This document shows, in pieces, positions 1-12,441 of a stretch of DNA of 64,000 bases. The position numbers were made by a program, and so were the translations under genes. The notes under the pieces are model-generated. The model saw only the letters and a program-made list of their open reading frames with translations, did not search any database and was not told where the DNA came from. Origin of the DNA: the human T2T-CHM13v2.0 reference genome, Homo sapiens. Within the stretch, counting starts at the first letter, position 1, and each line of letters starts with the position of its first letter. The DNA lies in assembly GCF_009914755.1 (NCBI RefSeq), contig NC_060937.1; one strand, written 5' to 3'.

Positions 1-249
1 AAACTAAATCCTAGAACCTACTTGGAGGAAGGGGTAGGTTATGAAGGACATCAGATCAAATGACATAACTGTAATATGGCTGGTACATTAGATAAACATA
101 TGGCATTGATGTAAGTTTAGGAAGTTGATAGCAGGATTGTGATTTTTTAAGAATATTCCTACTATTAAGAAATACATACTGAAATGGTGGTAAAAAGGCA
201 CAATGTATGTAATTAACCCTCAAATAGTAGGGGGTTGGGGGAATAGAGA

Positions 250-288
250 CACACACACAGACACACACACATACACACACACACACAG
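250..288. repeat. (CA)n microsatellite, interrupted
   Basis: acacacacagacacacacacatacacacacacacaca. Confidence 0.9.
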
Positions 289-799
289 AGAAAGTGAGAG
301 AGGGCATGCCCAATGATAATGAAATGCTAACAACAGATATATCTAAGTAAATGGGATATGGGTATTATTTTTATTTTTTCCAACTTTTAGAGTTTGAACT
401 TATTTTCAAGTAAAAACTTTCTAAAAACGCATAACATACCAAAGAACAGACATTCTTGAGATAAAAGTAGGAAAAAGAAACCTATCTGACAATGACTGGT
501 TTACAATAAAGATCCTGAAAAGATCAACCCCACTCCAGCTCACCAGGGAGCAGCCCCAAACTAGACTGACAGCCCCGCGGGGGCACACTGATTTGCCCCA
601 ACATCTCCAGCCTTCACTACAGTGATGTTCGCACACAGTAAACACTCAAATGTTAAATGCAAACAAATGAGCAAATTATGACTCAAGACTACAGAGAGAA
701 CTACAGAAGAATTCAACAGCAGAGAAAGATGATCATTCTTCAAATGGTTCAAAGGACAAACCTTTCAATCCATGAAAAACTCTATGGTAACTGTTTCTG

Positions 800-995
800 T
801 ACTTACTTTGTGTTAGGCATTGTGCTGGGCACTTTATAGATACCACTTCATTAAATCCAACATCCCTGTGAGGTAAGTACCGTTAACCTTCTATACACTG
901 ACTTAGGGAAGTTAAACAGGTAGCCAAAGATCATCAATTTAGTAACTGAAAAAACTGCAGTTTGACTCCACAGCATAAGCTTTTAACCACCACAC
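800..995 (-). mobile_element. MIR SINE fragment
   Basis: tgtgttaggcattgtgctgggcacttt...ccctgtgaggtaagtac...gaagttaaacag...ccaaagatca resembles the reverse complement of the MIR core. Confidence 0.65.
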
Positions 996-3299
996 TATAG
1001 TGCCTTCATAGAACAGAATAAAAAGATTAAGTATCCAATAGTATTCCCAGAAATTATGTAATCCTGTCACTCTCAAAAGAGAATAGCAGATTACAAAGAG
1101 CAAATCGAAAAGAAGCACACCAAAGGGGAGACAGAACAAGCTGAGAAAGACACCCAGAATTCTCTACCAGTTCTCAAGACAATGAAAACCATAATAAAGA
1201 AGATTAAGAGCAAGAGACAAAAATTATCCAGTAGTTACTAGATATTATTAGAGAGTGTAAAGAAGGTAATTTTTAAAGTAAATATATTTTTTTAAAAAGG
1301 TGCTGGGGCGGGGGGTGGAGGCGGGGATGGGGATTCACACATCTCCCAAAGCTTTCAGGAAGAAAAAAAGGATTATGATTAAATTTTTTCAAGTTAAGAT
1401 TTTTCTCGTGACAGCATAAACTGAAAAAACTGAAGAAAATGTTTTCAGAGTATAAAAAAGAAAAATTTGTAATATGAAACATTATACTGTGCCAAGTTCT
1501 TATAGCCAGCCTAAAAGGAACAGTCTCTTTCCAACATGTAGGGTTTCAAAAACTTTATAATTATTTTTAAAGGATCACAACCAAGACTCTGAAAGGTTGA
1601 GGGTAAAGTTGGAGTTAACAGAGGAAATATATTTTTGCAAGAAAATTGTGACAGGGTTTACAATCTAGGTTAATCGAATCAAACAGAGAAAAGGGGAATA
1701 AAAACTTTATTTTCAGTGGGGAATGGGAGAAAATTTATATCTTTAATATTTATAATCATTTACATTCACAAAATGAGATTCTGAATTATAAATCATTGCA
1801 GGAAGTAAAAGAAGAGAAAAATAGAAAAATTTTGCCTCAAAACAGCCAAGCATTTCAATTACAACCGTCAATCCAGTTACCTCTATTAAGCTTTTCAAAA
1901 GATACATTTTTATAACACAAAAGAATCCAAAATAAGATGTGAAAAGATAACCATTCAACCGTTAAACTAACACCCTACGTGGCCATAGTGTCAGGCAAAG
2001 CAAAATACCTGCCCTTCCTGATCCCTCAACAAAAAACACATTACATAGAATAAAGAACAATTTTATACTGGTAAAAAACACAATATATTAACACTGGCCT
2101 GACCTACTTGCTAAATAACAGCCACAAGTTATTTGTTTAAAAATATGATAAATTGATAGGAACAATTAATAGTGGTCAATTGTAACTTGTTGAATCAACA
2201 AGTCAAAAAATAAGGTAAAAGGACTTCATCTAACTAAATGAAATTAATAAACACAAATGCTACACCTTTAAAAAGTCAATACTTCAAGTATCAAAACATT
2301 TATTTTAAGAAACCTACCTTAGTTAAATTCTCTGATTAAATGAAATGTAAGCATAAATTAACATACTTCAGCACAACTTAAAAAAAACAAAGTTATTCGC
2401 TAAGGTATATACATACATAAAGTTACAAATACAATAAACTTGGCTTCAGTCAAAGCTATAGCCTAAGGTAAACTTATAGTCTTAAATGTCCTTTTTCCTT
2501 AGGAAAGACAATGAATTACAAATTCAACTTCATATTAAAAGTAAAAAGGCAAGTAGAGGAACTGAGTGAAGATAAGAGTGTAAATATACAAATCAGTCAA
2601 ACAGCAGAGTTTTTCCTTTCCAATGATGTCATTCAGCAAGAGAAGGAATCTGAACTACCTGAGGAAGCAGGCCAGAGTTCATCACAATCCTTCAGCCCTC
2701 AGGTCCCACTTCCCAGGTAGCCACAGCTGAGCACAGTTACCCAGCAGCTCTTTTTCCCCCCAGGAGAGAAAGCCCCTCCCCTCAACCCCCACCACTCAGG
2801 CAGATGCCTAGTAGAACTTGCTGAAGACCACAACAGAACCTGGTAATACTGCTTGCAGTTCTAGGTGCCAAACCTCACTGGCGAGGACAGGGTGCAGGTA
2901 CAGAATCTCTCTGCATCTGCTCCCACCTCCTGCCCACACCAGGGACCTGGGGTTCTGGCCACATCACCCTCCTTTCCCAGGCCCTCCACCTCCTCCCTAG
3001 AAAAAGCAGTTCCGAGAAGGGCAATGACAATGCTGTGCCTTCCACTCCTGCACACGGGCCATCACGCCCTCTCCAGCTCCAGGGAGAACCCGCTCCAGGC
3101 CCATGCAGCACCTGAGGGTCATCTCCATCCCTCAACCTCGCGACACCAGCAGCCCAGGAAGACTAAGCTTAAAAGCTAAACCGCACCTTGGATTCCAAGG
3201 GCTATCTCCACTACCCCACTGCCCCCAACCCGGCTCTGAACGCCTCCCCCTGAAGGGGCAGAAGCCAAGTGAGGTAGGAAGTTAGTTAATGAGTTCATC

Positions 3300-3700
3300 G
3301 GCATTTTTTATAATAGCTCAAAATTTTAAAGGACCCAAATGTTCACCAACAGGTGATTCAATACACAAATTGTGGTATCTCCAGCACTCAGTAATACAAA
3401 AGAATCACTACTGATCTGTGCAGCAATAGGGATGCATTTCAAAATAATTACACTGAGTTAAAGAAGCCAGACCAAAAACGAGTATATACTATATGAAGCT
3501 TTTATTAAAAATTCTAGGAAGTGAATACTAATCTATAGTGAAAAAGCAGACTAGGAAGACAGAGGGTTTGGGTTTGAACAGCCACAAAGCAAGCCAAGAG
3601 GCACCAGGAAACTTTGACGGTGATGACTATGTTCATTATCTTGAAGAGTGTACAGTTTACTGTATGTCAGTTATATGTCAATAAAGCTGTTTTTAAAAAG
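3300..3700 (+). mobile_element. Old L1M (L1ME/L1MB-like) 3' end
   Basis: cccaaatgttcaccaacaggtga...aattgtggtatc...gaagccagac...ttatatgtcaataaagctgttttt. Confidence 0.7.
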
Positions 3701-3790
3701 CTGATGGTAATGTATAGATTTGAATAGATATCCGATTTGTCTGTTCTCCATATAAAACATACAGAGGATTTAAAAAAGTAAACAACTTAC

Positions 3791-3905
3791 TTTGCATTTC
3801 CAGCCGTTGGTTGGTACAGATTTCATAATTCGTTGAAGACAAAAAGTATGATACCCTTTGTCACACGTATCACACACTAGCATCTTGCTATCTTCTCCCG
3901 ATTGT
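3791..3905 (-). pseudogene. KMT2C: KMT2C exon 9-like, 115 nt (second PHD finger)
   Basis: Acceptor ctttttag|ACAATC, donor GCAAA|gtaagt. Translates QSGEDSKMLVCDTCDKGYHTFCLQRIMKSVPTNGWKCK. Confidence 0.93.
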
Positions 3906-4294
3906 CTAAAAAGTAAGATAGCATTAATGATGGCTTATCTTTAAACTTATGTTTTGCAACATAAGTAATCATGAAAATCATCAGTCCTGGGAACCGCACA
4001 GTTCATAAATACCTCAGTATCTGTTTTGTCTCTGCAGATAGTAACAGAGGTAACCCTACCATAAGGATTCCCTCCTAAATGGTGATCTTTACTCAATGCT
4101 CACCTATGGTTAACTTGCTCTAGCCATTTTAGGATTCCTGCAAAGGAGGAAGGGTTAAGGCAAGATGAATAGCCTCTGATCTTTACTTTTAAAATATAAT
4201 TTTTGAGAGGAAGGCGCTATAACTGCTATGTGCTACTGTGTGGAAAGATCAAATCTTGGCACAGCAAATTGAAAAGACTGTCATATAACATAAA

Positions 4295-4480
4295 GAGGAT
4301 CAAATTTGGCATCAGATCTCTATTTGTATTCAGGCTGCTGTTTTCTAGCTGTGTCACTAAACAACTTAGACTAAAGCTCTCTGAGTTTCAGGTATAAAAC
4401 GGGAATAATAAACATTACTGTGAGAATTAAATGTAATGCAGGTTCAAGTGCTTAGAATGTCTATTAAGCAATTAAATGCT
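4295..4480 (+). mobile_element. MIR SINE fragment
   Basis: ctagctgtgtcact...ctctctgagtttca...gtgagaattaaatg...aagtgcttagaa. Confidence 0.6.
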
Positions 4481-5759
4481 GAATAATTATTTCAAAAGAC
4501 GAATCTTGTCATAATTATTAAGAATTATAATTGAAAACCTAAAACCTTTCTTTAAACACTCTTCTGCCCCCAAAGATTGGGCCCCTGTCCTACAGCGTTA
4601 TCTCTGTTGAGATTTTTGACTATAATTACTTTCAGATACTATGATTTTAAATTCAAGAGGAGGGGAAGAGAAAAAAACAGGGAAAGCAAGAAGAGCTGAG
4701 AGAGGAATCTCTGAATGAAATCTGGGGGATAAACAGAAGTCAACAGGAAGATGGGTCAGTTGGCCTCCAATTATTATTCAGTTCAACCTCTCCATAAAAA
4801 GTCACATGTTTTATCTCTTCAGCTACATGCAAAGATCTTGGAGGACAAGTACTCTTCCTTCAAGCTCTTTTAATCCTTCCCAAGAAACTGAGTGCAGATA
4901 CAAGGTATCGAATAAATGTTTACTGAATATTTTATCTAATTTTTACCAAAATATGAAGGTACATAGTCCTATTTATGTCATGTAACTCTAAGATATTGAC
5001 GCTTATTTCTTATAAAACTAAATAATAAAAACAGACTGATCATGGCAGTTGGGCATAATTCTTGCTGGTTACAACAAAAATTCTCAGCCTGTAAATGAAG
5101 ATGCTGGTAACATCCCCAAATTATCATGCTCATTAGAATCATGGGGGTGCAAGCGGAAATCACAGAAAAGACTGGAGAAATGACCAAGAGATGAAATACA
5201 ATAGGAAAAGATAACCCCCTTACAAATTTGTAAATGCCACATATTTCATTTTGGAATTATGCTGACCAGGATCTACTCAAGGTGGCTTTTAGAGAGATGC
5301 AGATGTACATTAAAATAATAGTAGAAAGTGTCCTTCCTGGAATGGAAATTCAAACACATGACTGACGTTTTGACTCAACTCTAATTCTTCTACGTCTGTA
5401 GTGAGAGGTTTAAATCCTATCACATCCCCTCCCCGGTGCCCCTGAAGACAAGCTACTTTATTCTTCTCATGCTTGTTTTAAATTGTTAATATCGCTTATT
5501 TTTTAAACTGTTGGTAAATTTAAATTAGCTCTTTAGAAGATCAGAGCAATTTAAATGATTAAAATCAGTTTTGTTTAGACTTCTTTCAAAATAATATAAA
5601 CGTTAATATCCAGTAATTTTTTTAAGTATGATGAAGTCACTCTGAATGAATACAGCCAAAATATGAACAACCTCTATTATATTACACAAACTTTTAGCGC
5701 CTAGTAATAGGGTCCCTCTTAAACCCAATACACAGCTTTGAATTGAAATGAAAACTTAC

Positions 5760-5931
5760 TTGCAGTTCTGGCACACTTTGCACTCAGGACATTGCCAACC
5801 TGCACGTTTTAATGGAGTAACCGCTATATCCAGGCACATTCCATGATAGTGCTGACCACAAGTAGTACAAAAGAACTGATCTAAGAGGTCTCCCGGGCTG
5901 TCGCACACTGCACAGTTTGCATCTTCCTTCG
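5760..5931 (-). pseudogene. KMT2C: KMT2C exon 8-like, 172 nt (PHD finger)
   Basis: Acceptor attatag|CGAAGG, donor TGCAA|gtaagt. Translates SKEDANCAVCDSPGDLLDQFFCTTCGQHYHGMCLDIAVTPLKRAGWQCPECKVCQNCK, a C4HC3 PHD pattern (also in ORF 5756..6004). Confidence 0.95.
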
Positions 5932-6974
5932 CTATAATTAACAGTAAAACAATGAAATTGTTGTATAAGAATTTAAATTTTTTCTGACTACACAGTAAAA
6001 TCATTTGAAAGGATTTGCATCATGAACCTTTCAGACATTTGAAGTTATTCACATTGAATTGTCATCTAATCAGAAAGAGGTATCAATAAAAACACTGTAG
6101 GGTATTTAATCTAAATGTAACCACATTAAATTTAATCGTATAGTTTTGCAATTATTTGTGGCTATATCTACTTAAGACCATAAGCAGGTCTTCTTTAATT
6201 TTCTATTCCTAATGCCAATGATAATGCTGGATACCTAATTAATGCTCAATATATGCTCACTGCAAAGAACCAAACAAGGAAAATACCAACTAAGAAATGC
6301 TTTGCAGTGTAACATAAACATTTTCTTTGAATGCTAAATATATTTTGAAATTACAAAATCAGACAAGAGACAAAATTAAGAAACGTTAATATCAATTAGA
6401 CTAAGATGCTTCTTAAGCATAAACAGACTATTCAAATCACATAAGGGCTTTTTTTTGATTACTGGAAAATGTCTTATGTGGAAGAACATTAAAGACAGAA
6501 GCTACATATTCATACACAAACACATTACTTAATATACTAATTCTATATTCATCTATATTAATTTCTAGTTGTAAAAGCATTAAAATCCACATAATTATGG
6601 ACATCATCCATCCCTAAATGTGGATTAAAAGAAAATGTACTAACAGTTCTTTTACCATATAAAACAGAAAATATAAGGATAAACTGCCCTGACAAATATA
6701 CAGTTAAACTTATGCATATTGCAAAATAAGGAAAATAATGTATTCTAAAATCATACTAATCTTAGATAATGTATAAAAAATATGCCTGTATATAACAAGT
6801 ATCACAAAGTATATGAATCTTTTCATTTTTTGAAGGTTTGATCATTCCTATCTACTATTCTGACTCATATGTTCTTTCTTTTCCAGTCAAGCTTATCATA
6901 CCAACCTTTGATAATATATATAAATATGCCTGTATTTAACAAGTATCACAAAGTATATGAACCATTATTTTTCC

Positions 6975-7265
6975 TTTTTTTTTTTTAGACAGTTTCACTC
7001 TGTCACCAAGGCTAGAGAGCAATGGCGCGATCTAGGCTTACTGTAACCTCTGCCTCCCAGGTTCAAGGGATTCTCACGCCTCAGCCTCCCCAGTAGCTGG
7101 GATTACAGGCGTGTGCCACCATGCCCACCTAATTTTTATATTTTTAGTAGAGACGATGTTTCACCACATAGCCCAGGCTGGTCTCAAACTCCTGAGCTCA
7201 AGCAATCCTCCTGCCTCACCCTCCCAAAGTGCTGGGATTACAGGTGTGAGCTACCGCACTCAGCC
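6975..7265 (-). mobile_element. Alu
   Basis: Poly-T head followed by the dimeric Alu reverse complement, ending cccaaagtgctgggattacaggtgtgag. Confidence 0.95.
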
Positions 7266-7383
7266 TTTTTCCCATTTTTTGAAGGTTTGGTCAATCCTAT
7301 CAATTTCTCTCTGACTCATACATTCTTTCTTTTCCAGTCAAGCATCTTGAAACAGAGTAAAAATATATTTCTTTTATTTGTAC

Positions 7384-7550
7384 CGGAGTCTGCAAACTTT
7401 TCCTGAAAAGGGCCAGGTAGTAAATATTTAAGGCTTTGTGAGCCATAGCAGTCTCTGACAAAAAGTCAGACCTTTTGTTTTTATTTACACTCTTTTAAAA
7501 ATGTAAAAATAATTCCTCGCTTGAGGGCAGTACAAAAACAGGCTTCAAAA
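7384..7550 (+). mobile_element. MER58-like hAT-Charlie non-autonomous element
   Basis: gtctgcaaacttttcctgaaaagggccaggtagtaaatatttaaggctttgtgagcca...tacaaaaacaggc. Confidence 0.7.
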
Positions 7551-8243
7551 TGTGGACGCTGGCTGGACCTCTGACATACTTCACGAAGGCTGGCTTAACA
7601 CCTAATACTCATCTGAAGCTACATTAGTGAGGCTGCCAATGCCCATAGGAAACCCGATTTAGTCTTTGGCTTTTTTGCACTTTGTAGCATTTGCATTGCT
7701 AGCCACTCCCACATTAAAACGCCCCTTTCCTTTGTTTCTATCATGGCAACTCTCTCCTAATTTCTCCTTAGTTTTCCCCCACTTTCATCTCATCCTCCTT
7801 TGTTGGCTTTTGTACCTATACAATCTTTCTAAATGCTGGAGTTTCTTAGGATTTCATCCTTTTCCTTCTTTCCTAATCCCCCATAGTTTCCCTTTGTGAT
7901 CACATCAACTCTCACGCCATAAAATGCCACCATGATTCCCAAATCTGTATTATTGGCCCTAGAATTCTTTCATAAACCCCAAACCTTTATTCTTCAAGTC
8001 TTACTGGATCTCAATAGCCAAGTGTTCTAAACACTCAATCTCAACTGCTCTAAAGTGAAACTTTTTTAAAAACCCGAAACAGCATCCATTTTTCTCAAGA
8101 ACAGATAAAGGCAGAAACCTTAGTATCATTGTTGACTCTGAACTCAGCTTTGACCCAACACATCCAGCCAGATCCCAATTCTTATGTATTAAACTTCCTA
8201 CACATCATTCTTTCTTTATATGTTTATAGTTTAGTCTATCATA

Positions 8244-8323
8244 CTAGGTTGGTGCAAAAGTAACTGCAGTTTTTGACATTACTTTTAATGGCAAAGACTG
8301 CAATTACCTTTGCACCTACCTAA
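8244..8323. mobile_element. MADE1 (Hsmar1-derived 80 bp MITE)
   Basis: ctaggttggtgcaaaagtaactgc...gcaattacctttgcacctacctaa is an 80-bp near-palindrome with a TA duplication at 8242-8243 and 8324-8325. Confidence 0.9.
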
Positions 8324-8711
8324 TACTCTGTCTCGCTAACTGCAGTATCTTCTGCATCAAATCATCTCTACTTATGGTTCTGACATCCTCTCTAAATCAT
8401 TTTCTACACATCCAGAACAATCTTTCAAAAATGTAAATCTAATTGTTAACCTCTGTATAAATTAAAACTCCACCAATACCTCATTTTTCACCCAAAAGAA
8501 AATCAGAATTTTCAAGTATGAGGCAAAAAGGTCCTTATCTCCCTTTCCAACTGAATCTCAGAACCACTCACTATTTCGTGGTCATGGTGGGTTGTCTGCC
8601 ATGCACCTCACATAACATGCTATTCATGTCTGTGTGCTTTTACACATTCTGTTCCCTCTGCTTGAAATTTGGTTTTTCTGCTGTGCTCCCAGCCTTCAAA
8701 ACTCTGCTCAT

Positions 8712-9004
8712 GGCTGGGCACAGAGGCTCACGCCTGTAATCCCAGCACTCTGGGAGGCCAAAGCGGATGGATCACCTGAGGTCAGGAGTTCGAGACCAGC
8801 CGGGCCAACATGGTGAAACCCCATCTCTACTAAAAATACAAAATTAGCAGGGTGTGGTGGCACATGCCTGTAGTCCCAGCTACTCAGGAGGCTGAGGCAG
8901 GAGAATCGCTTGAACCCAGGTGGTGGAGGCTGCAGTGACTAGAGTTTATGCCACGGCACTCCAGCCTGGGGGACAGAGTGAGACCCTGTCTCAAAAAAAA
9001 AAAA
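8712..9004 (+). mobile_element. Alu (S-type)
   Basis: Full dimer with poly-A tail. Confidence 0.95.
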
Positions 9005-9579
9005 TCTGCACATTATTTCCTGAATACCTATTACCACACCCAAATACCCATTTAGTTGTTGAATATTACTTTTACCCATATGCTTACAAGAAACTTCTGT
9101 TACATAATCATTTATTTACAGCACAACTCTGTGAATCCTTGAAGGACAGGGGCCTTAACTTTTTTAACTTTGTATCCCCAACTGCCTAACATGAATCAAG
9201 TCTTATTGAACATATTTTAAGTGAAGGACTTACTGCTAAAATCACTTTTAAATGGCTCTTTAAGTGATAGGCATTTAAAATAAATCATTAATCTAACAAT
9301 GGAAGCATCATAAATTGGTTCATTTTTGATAGAAAGGACATAACTGGGATGTTATGTTTCTCATTATTAAGAGAGTACTAGTATTTGTCTTTCAAAATAT
9401 GTACATTGAAAAATTGATCTCTTTTTGCTCACCGTAAAACTTTTAAAAATTGGGGGAATACTCAACTAATTATCGGAAACTAATTATCAGATAATCAATT
9501 CATTTTTCTATTATACTCTCCTAGGAACACTAAAATGCTTCTGTGAAACTTTCTAGAGTTTGCTCCCCTGACACTTCAA

Positions 9580-9856
9580 GTTGCCATGGTAGCTACTAGC
9601 GACATGTGGTTTCTGAACAAGTGAAATGTAATTAGTTCAAATCGAGGTATGCAGTAAGCATAAAATGCACACTGGATTCCAAAATCTTAATGGGGAAAAA
9701 GTATCTCAAAATTTGAAATATTACTATTTTGGATTACTGAATTAAATAAAATTTACTACAATTGTTCCCAAATGTTTCCTTTTCCTCAAATTTTTAACAT
9801 ACCCACTAGAAAAATTACTTATGTTGCTCACATTATATTTACACTGCACAGCACTG
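9580..9856. mobile_element. MER33-like hAT-Charlie element
   Basis: gtagctactagcgacatgtgg...gcagtaagcataaaatgcacactggatt...gctcacattatattt...cagcactg. Confidence 0.65.
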
Positions 9857-12133
9857 TTATATACAACAAAGTTCACTCTGCAACAAGACAACTGTCATTG
9901 TCACAAAAATCACATTTTAGACTATGATGATCTCCACCAATTCCTTACTGACAACCTTGCTGTGTTATCTGATTACTATGGATCATTGGTAATAAATTAG
10001 TCAAAGAAAAACATCCATGTAATACATCTGGTGCAAAAACACTTAATATGCCTTATGTGAAAAACAATATTATTTTTAAAAGCACTACACAAAGAAATGA
10101 GGTTGGTTCCAACCCTCCCAGTCAGAGAGAAGATGTGTGGGAATACTGAAACAACCTTATGGAGGTCGTGTATAAGAAGATTATCAATACTACTGGATAG
10201 GTTTGGTGTCATCATAGAAATTAAATATGAATATTTAGACACACATGTCTGTAAGCCAGAGACATTAAGTTTAAAGCAATAATCAACTAAGAAATTTTTC
10301 TTTAAACAGTTGAAAAAGCAAAAAGACAGGCTATAACTAAAGATAATTTAAGAGGGGAGAGGAGTAAAATCCAGGTCTATTTGGCTTCTAAGATCAGGCT
10401 CTTGACTACTAATCAAATTGACTCCTCAGCAAACTTTACTAGTGATCAATGAAAGTGATGAGTATTTGAGTATACACAAAAGTAGACACGAAATGCCAAC
10501 AGTGGCATACAATGAAGCTAAATGAAGTAAAGGGAGCAAGGTTCTTATGGCAGGAGAAAAGTGAGAGGAAACAAAATGATCATCTTTAGAAAAGGTCATT
10601 TCCTAAGAGACAGCTGTAAAAAGAGAAGAGATAAATAAAAAAGACAAAAACATTGAGCTTAAATTAGAACAGAGCTTATCACAGATCCTTAAACTTGATG
10701 AAACTATTGCTTAAGAAAGTCCAGACAACACATAAGAATAAAAGCATTGGTGAACAGCAAGAAAAGTCAAAATAGCTGTCATACAGTGTGAATTGAAGAA
10801 GGACCAAATCAGCATTGCTTTCTAATTTCCATCACACCCTATCATCTGCCAATTTTCATCACTGGCAGGACACTGGGCTGAGTGATTTGTCTATAAAAGA
10901 GAATCTCTGGAAAGAAAAAATAAATCACGGATGTCATCCAAAGAGGCTAGACCGTATCATTGGCAGGTAGATAAGAAAGGTCAGAGGACTGACAGAATTT
11001 AGGGTAAAAGAAAAGCAGCAGGACTTAATGTCAAGAAATACAAAGATAACCAAAGAAAAGAGGCTGGAGTTAAAGCTTAAGTGAAGTAAAAGGAATTAAA
11101 GCTAAATGATGAGTAAATACATTGAGGAACAGGGGGTGAATTAAGATGTGTAGCATTTCCATGTTTAAACCTTGCAAAAACTTCTCATTGCAGACCGAAC
11201 AGAACCCAAACTCCTTCCCTTGCTTAGAAGCCTACATGATCTAGCCTTTGTTCACCTTGATGATGTCTCTACTACCCCCACCTAGTAGGCTACTATGCTC
11301 CAAGTAAAATGACATGCTGTCTGTTCATGAATCATGCCAAGTCCACTCCTCAAGGTCTGTGTAGTGGTCTGTTCCCTCTCCCTGGAATGTTCTTTCCTCT
11401 TATCTTGCATGATTGGCTTCTTACCATTCAGTTTTCCTATTCAGGAAGTATATCTGGTTGTATCTCCTAGATGGATTTTTAGTGTAAAATTTCCAGACAA
11501 GGTTAACGTATCCTTGTATCATCATGAAAACAATGTTGCAACAATGACCAGCCATTTACCTATGACAGAGCACCCTAAAAGTGTTTCCTGATGAAAATCT
11601 TGGCCTTCTTCACAGATACTCTCTTTAGCGGATTTCTTTATAATGAGATGCATGATTTTGTTAAATTTCTCAACTTTTATAAAAAGATGTCAACCTTACT
11701 CCTAACTCAGTCAACTATCACAGCTACTGCTCTGCCCTTTAGGAAGCAACAGAAAATACATATACTCAATATGTATTATCATTCTCATAACTTAAGCTTT
11801 AGATAGGAGGTAAAATAACTACGCTTTTTAAAGCAATTAATATATACAAGGCACAATGTTATGTGAATTCCATTCATTGTTTTCATTTAACCCTCATAAT
11901 AACACTATGATTTAAGACAGTATCATTTTAAAAGCATAAAAAGTAACTTCTGCCATGACACACAATTAGGATAGGAAGAAATATTTATAAAAGATGTTAA
12001 AAAGGTGACAAAACATCCTATCTGCAATATTCTTTAAATTATATCCTTGGAACTTAATCCAAGATTATGATCGTCTTAACAGATGGGTCAGAACGCTGTG
12101 TAGTTAGAATGCACTGTTTAAGATCCCCAAGGA

Positions 12134-12441
12134 GGCCGGGCACGATGGCTCACACCTCTGTATCCCAGCAGTTTGGGAGGCTGAGACGGGCAGATCACGA
12201 GGTCAGGAGTCCGAGACAAATCTAGCCAACATAGTGAAACCCCGTCTCTACTAAAAATACAAAAAATTAGCTGGGTGTTATGGTGTGCGCCTGTAATCCC
12301 ACCTACTTGGGAGGCTGAGGCAGGAGAAATCACCTGAACCCGGAAAGCGGAGTTTGCAGTGAGCCAAGGCCATGCCACTGCATTCCAGACAGGGTGACAG
12401 AGCGAGACTCCATCTCAAAAAAAAAAAAAAAAAAAAAAAAA
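12134..12441 (+). mobile_element. Alu
   Basis: Full dimer with long poly-A. The sequence ccaa(g/a)ga flanks both ends and could be part of a TSD. Confidence 0.95.

Larger units (their letters stand above)
7730..9220 (+). mobile_element. L2 LINE remnants, interrupted by MADE1 and Alu
   Basis: gtgatcacatcaactctca...atgattcccaaatctgtat..., with the 3' end tgtgaatccttgaaggacagggg...tttgtatcccca. Confidence 0.6.
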
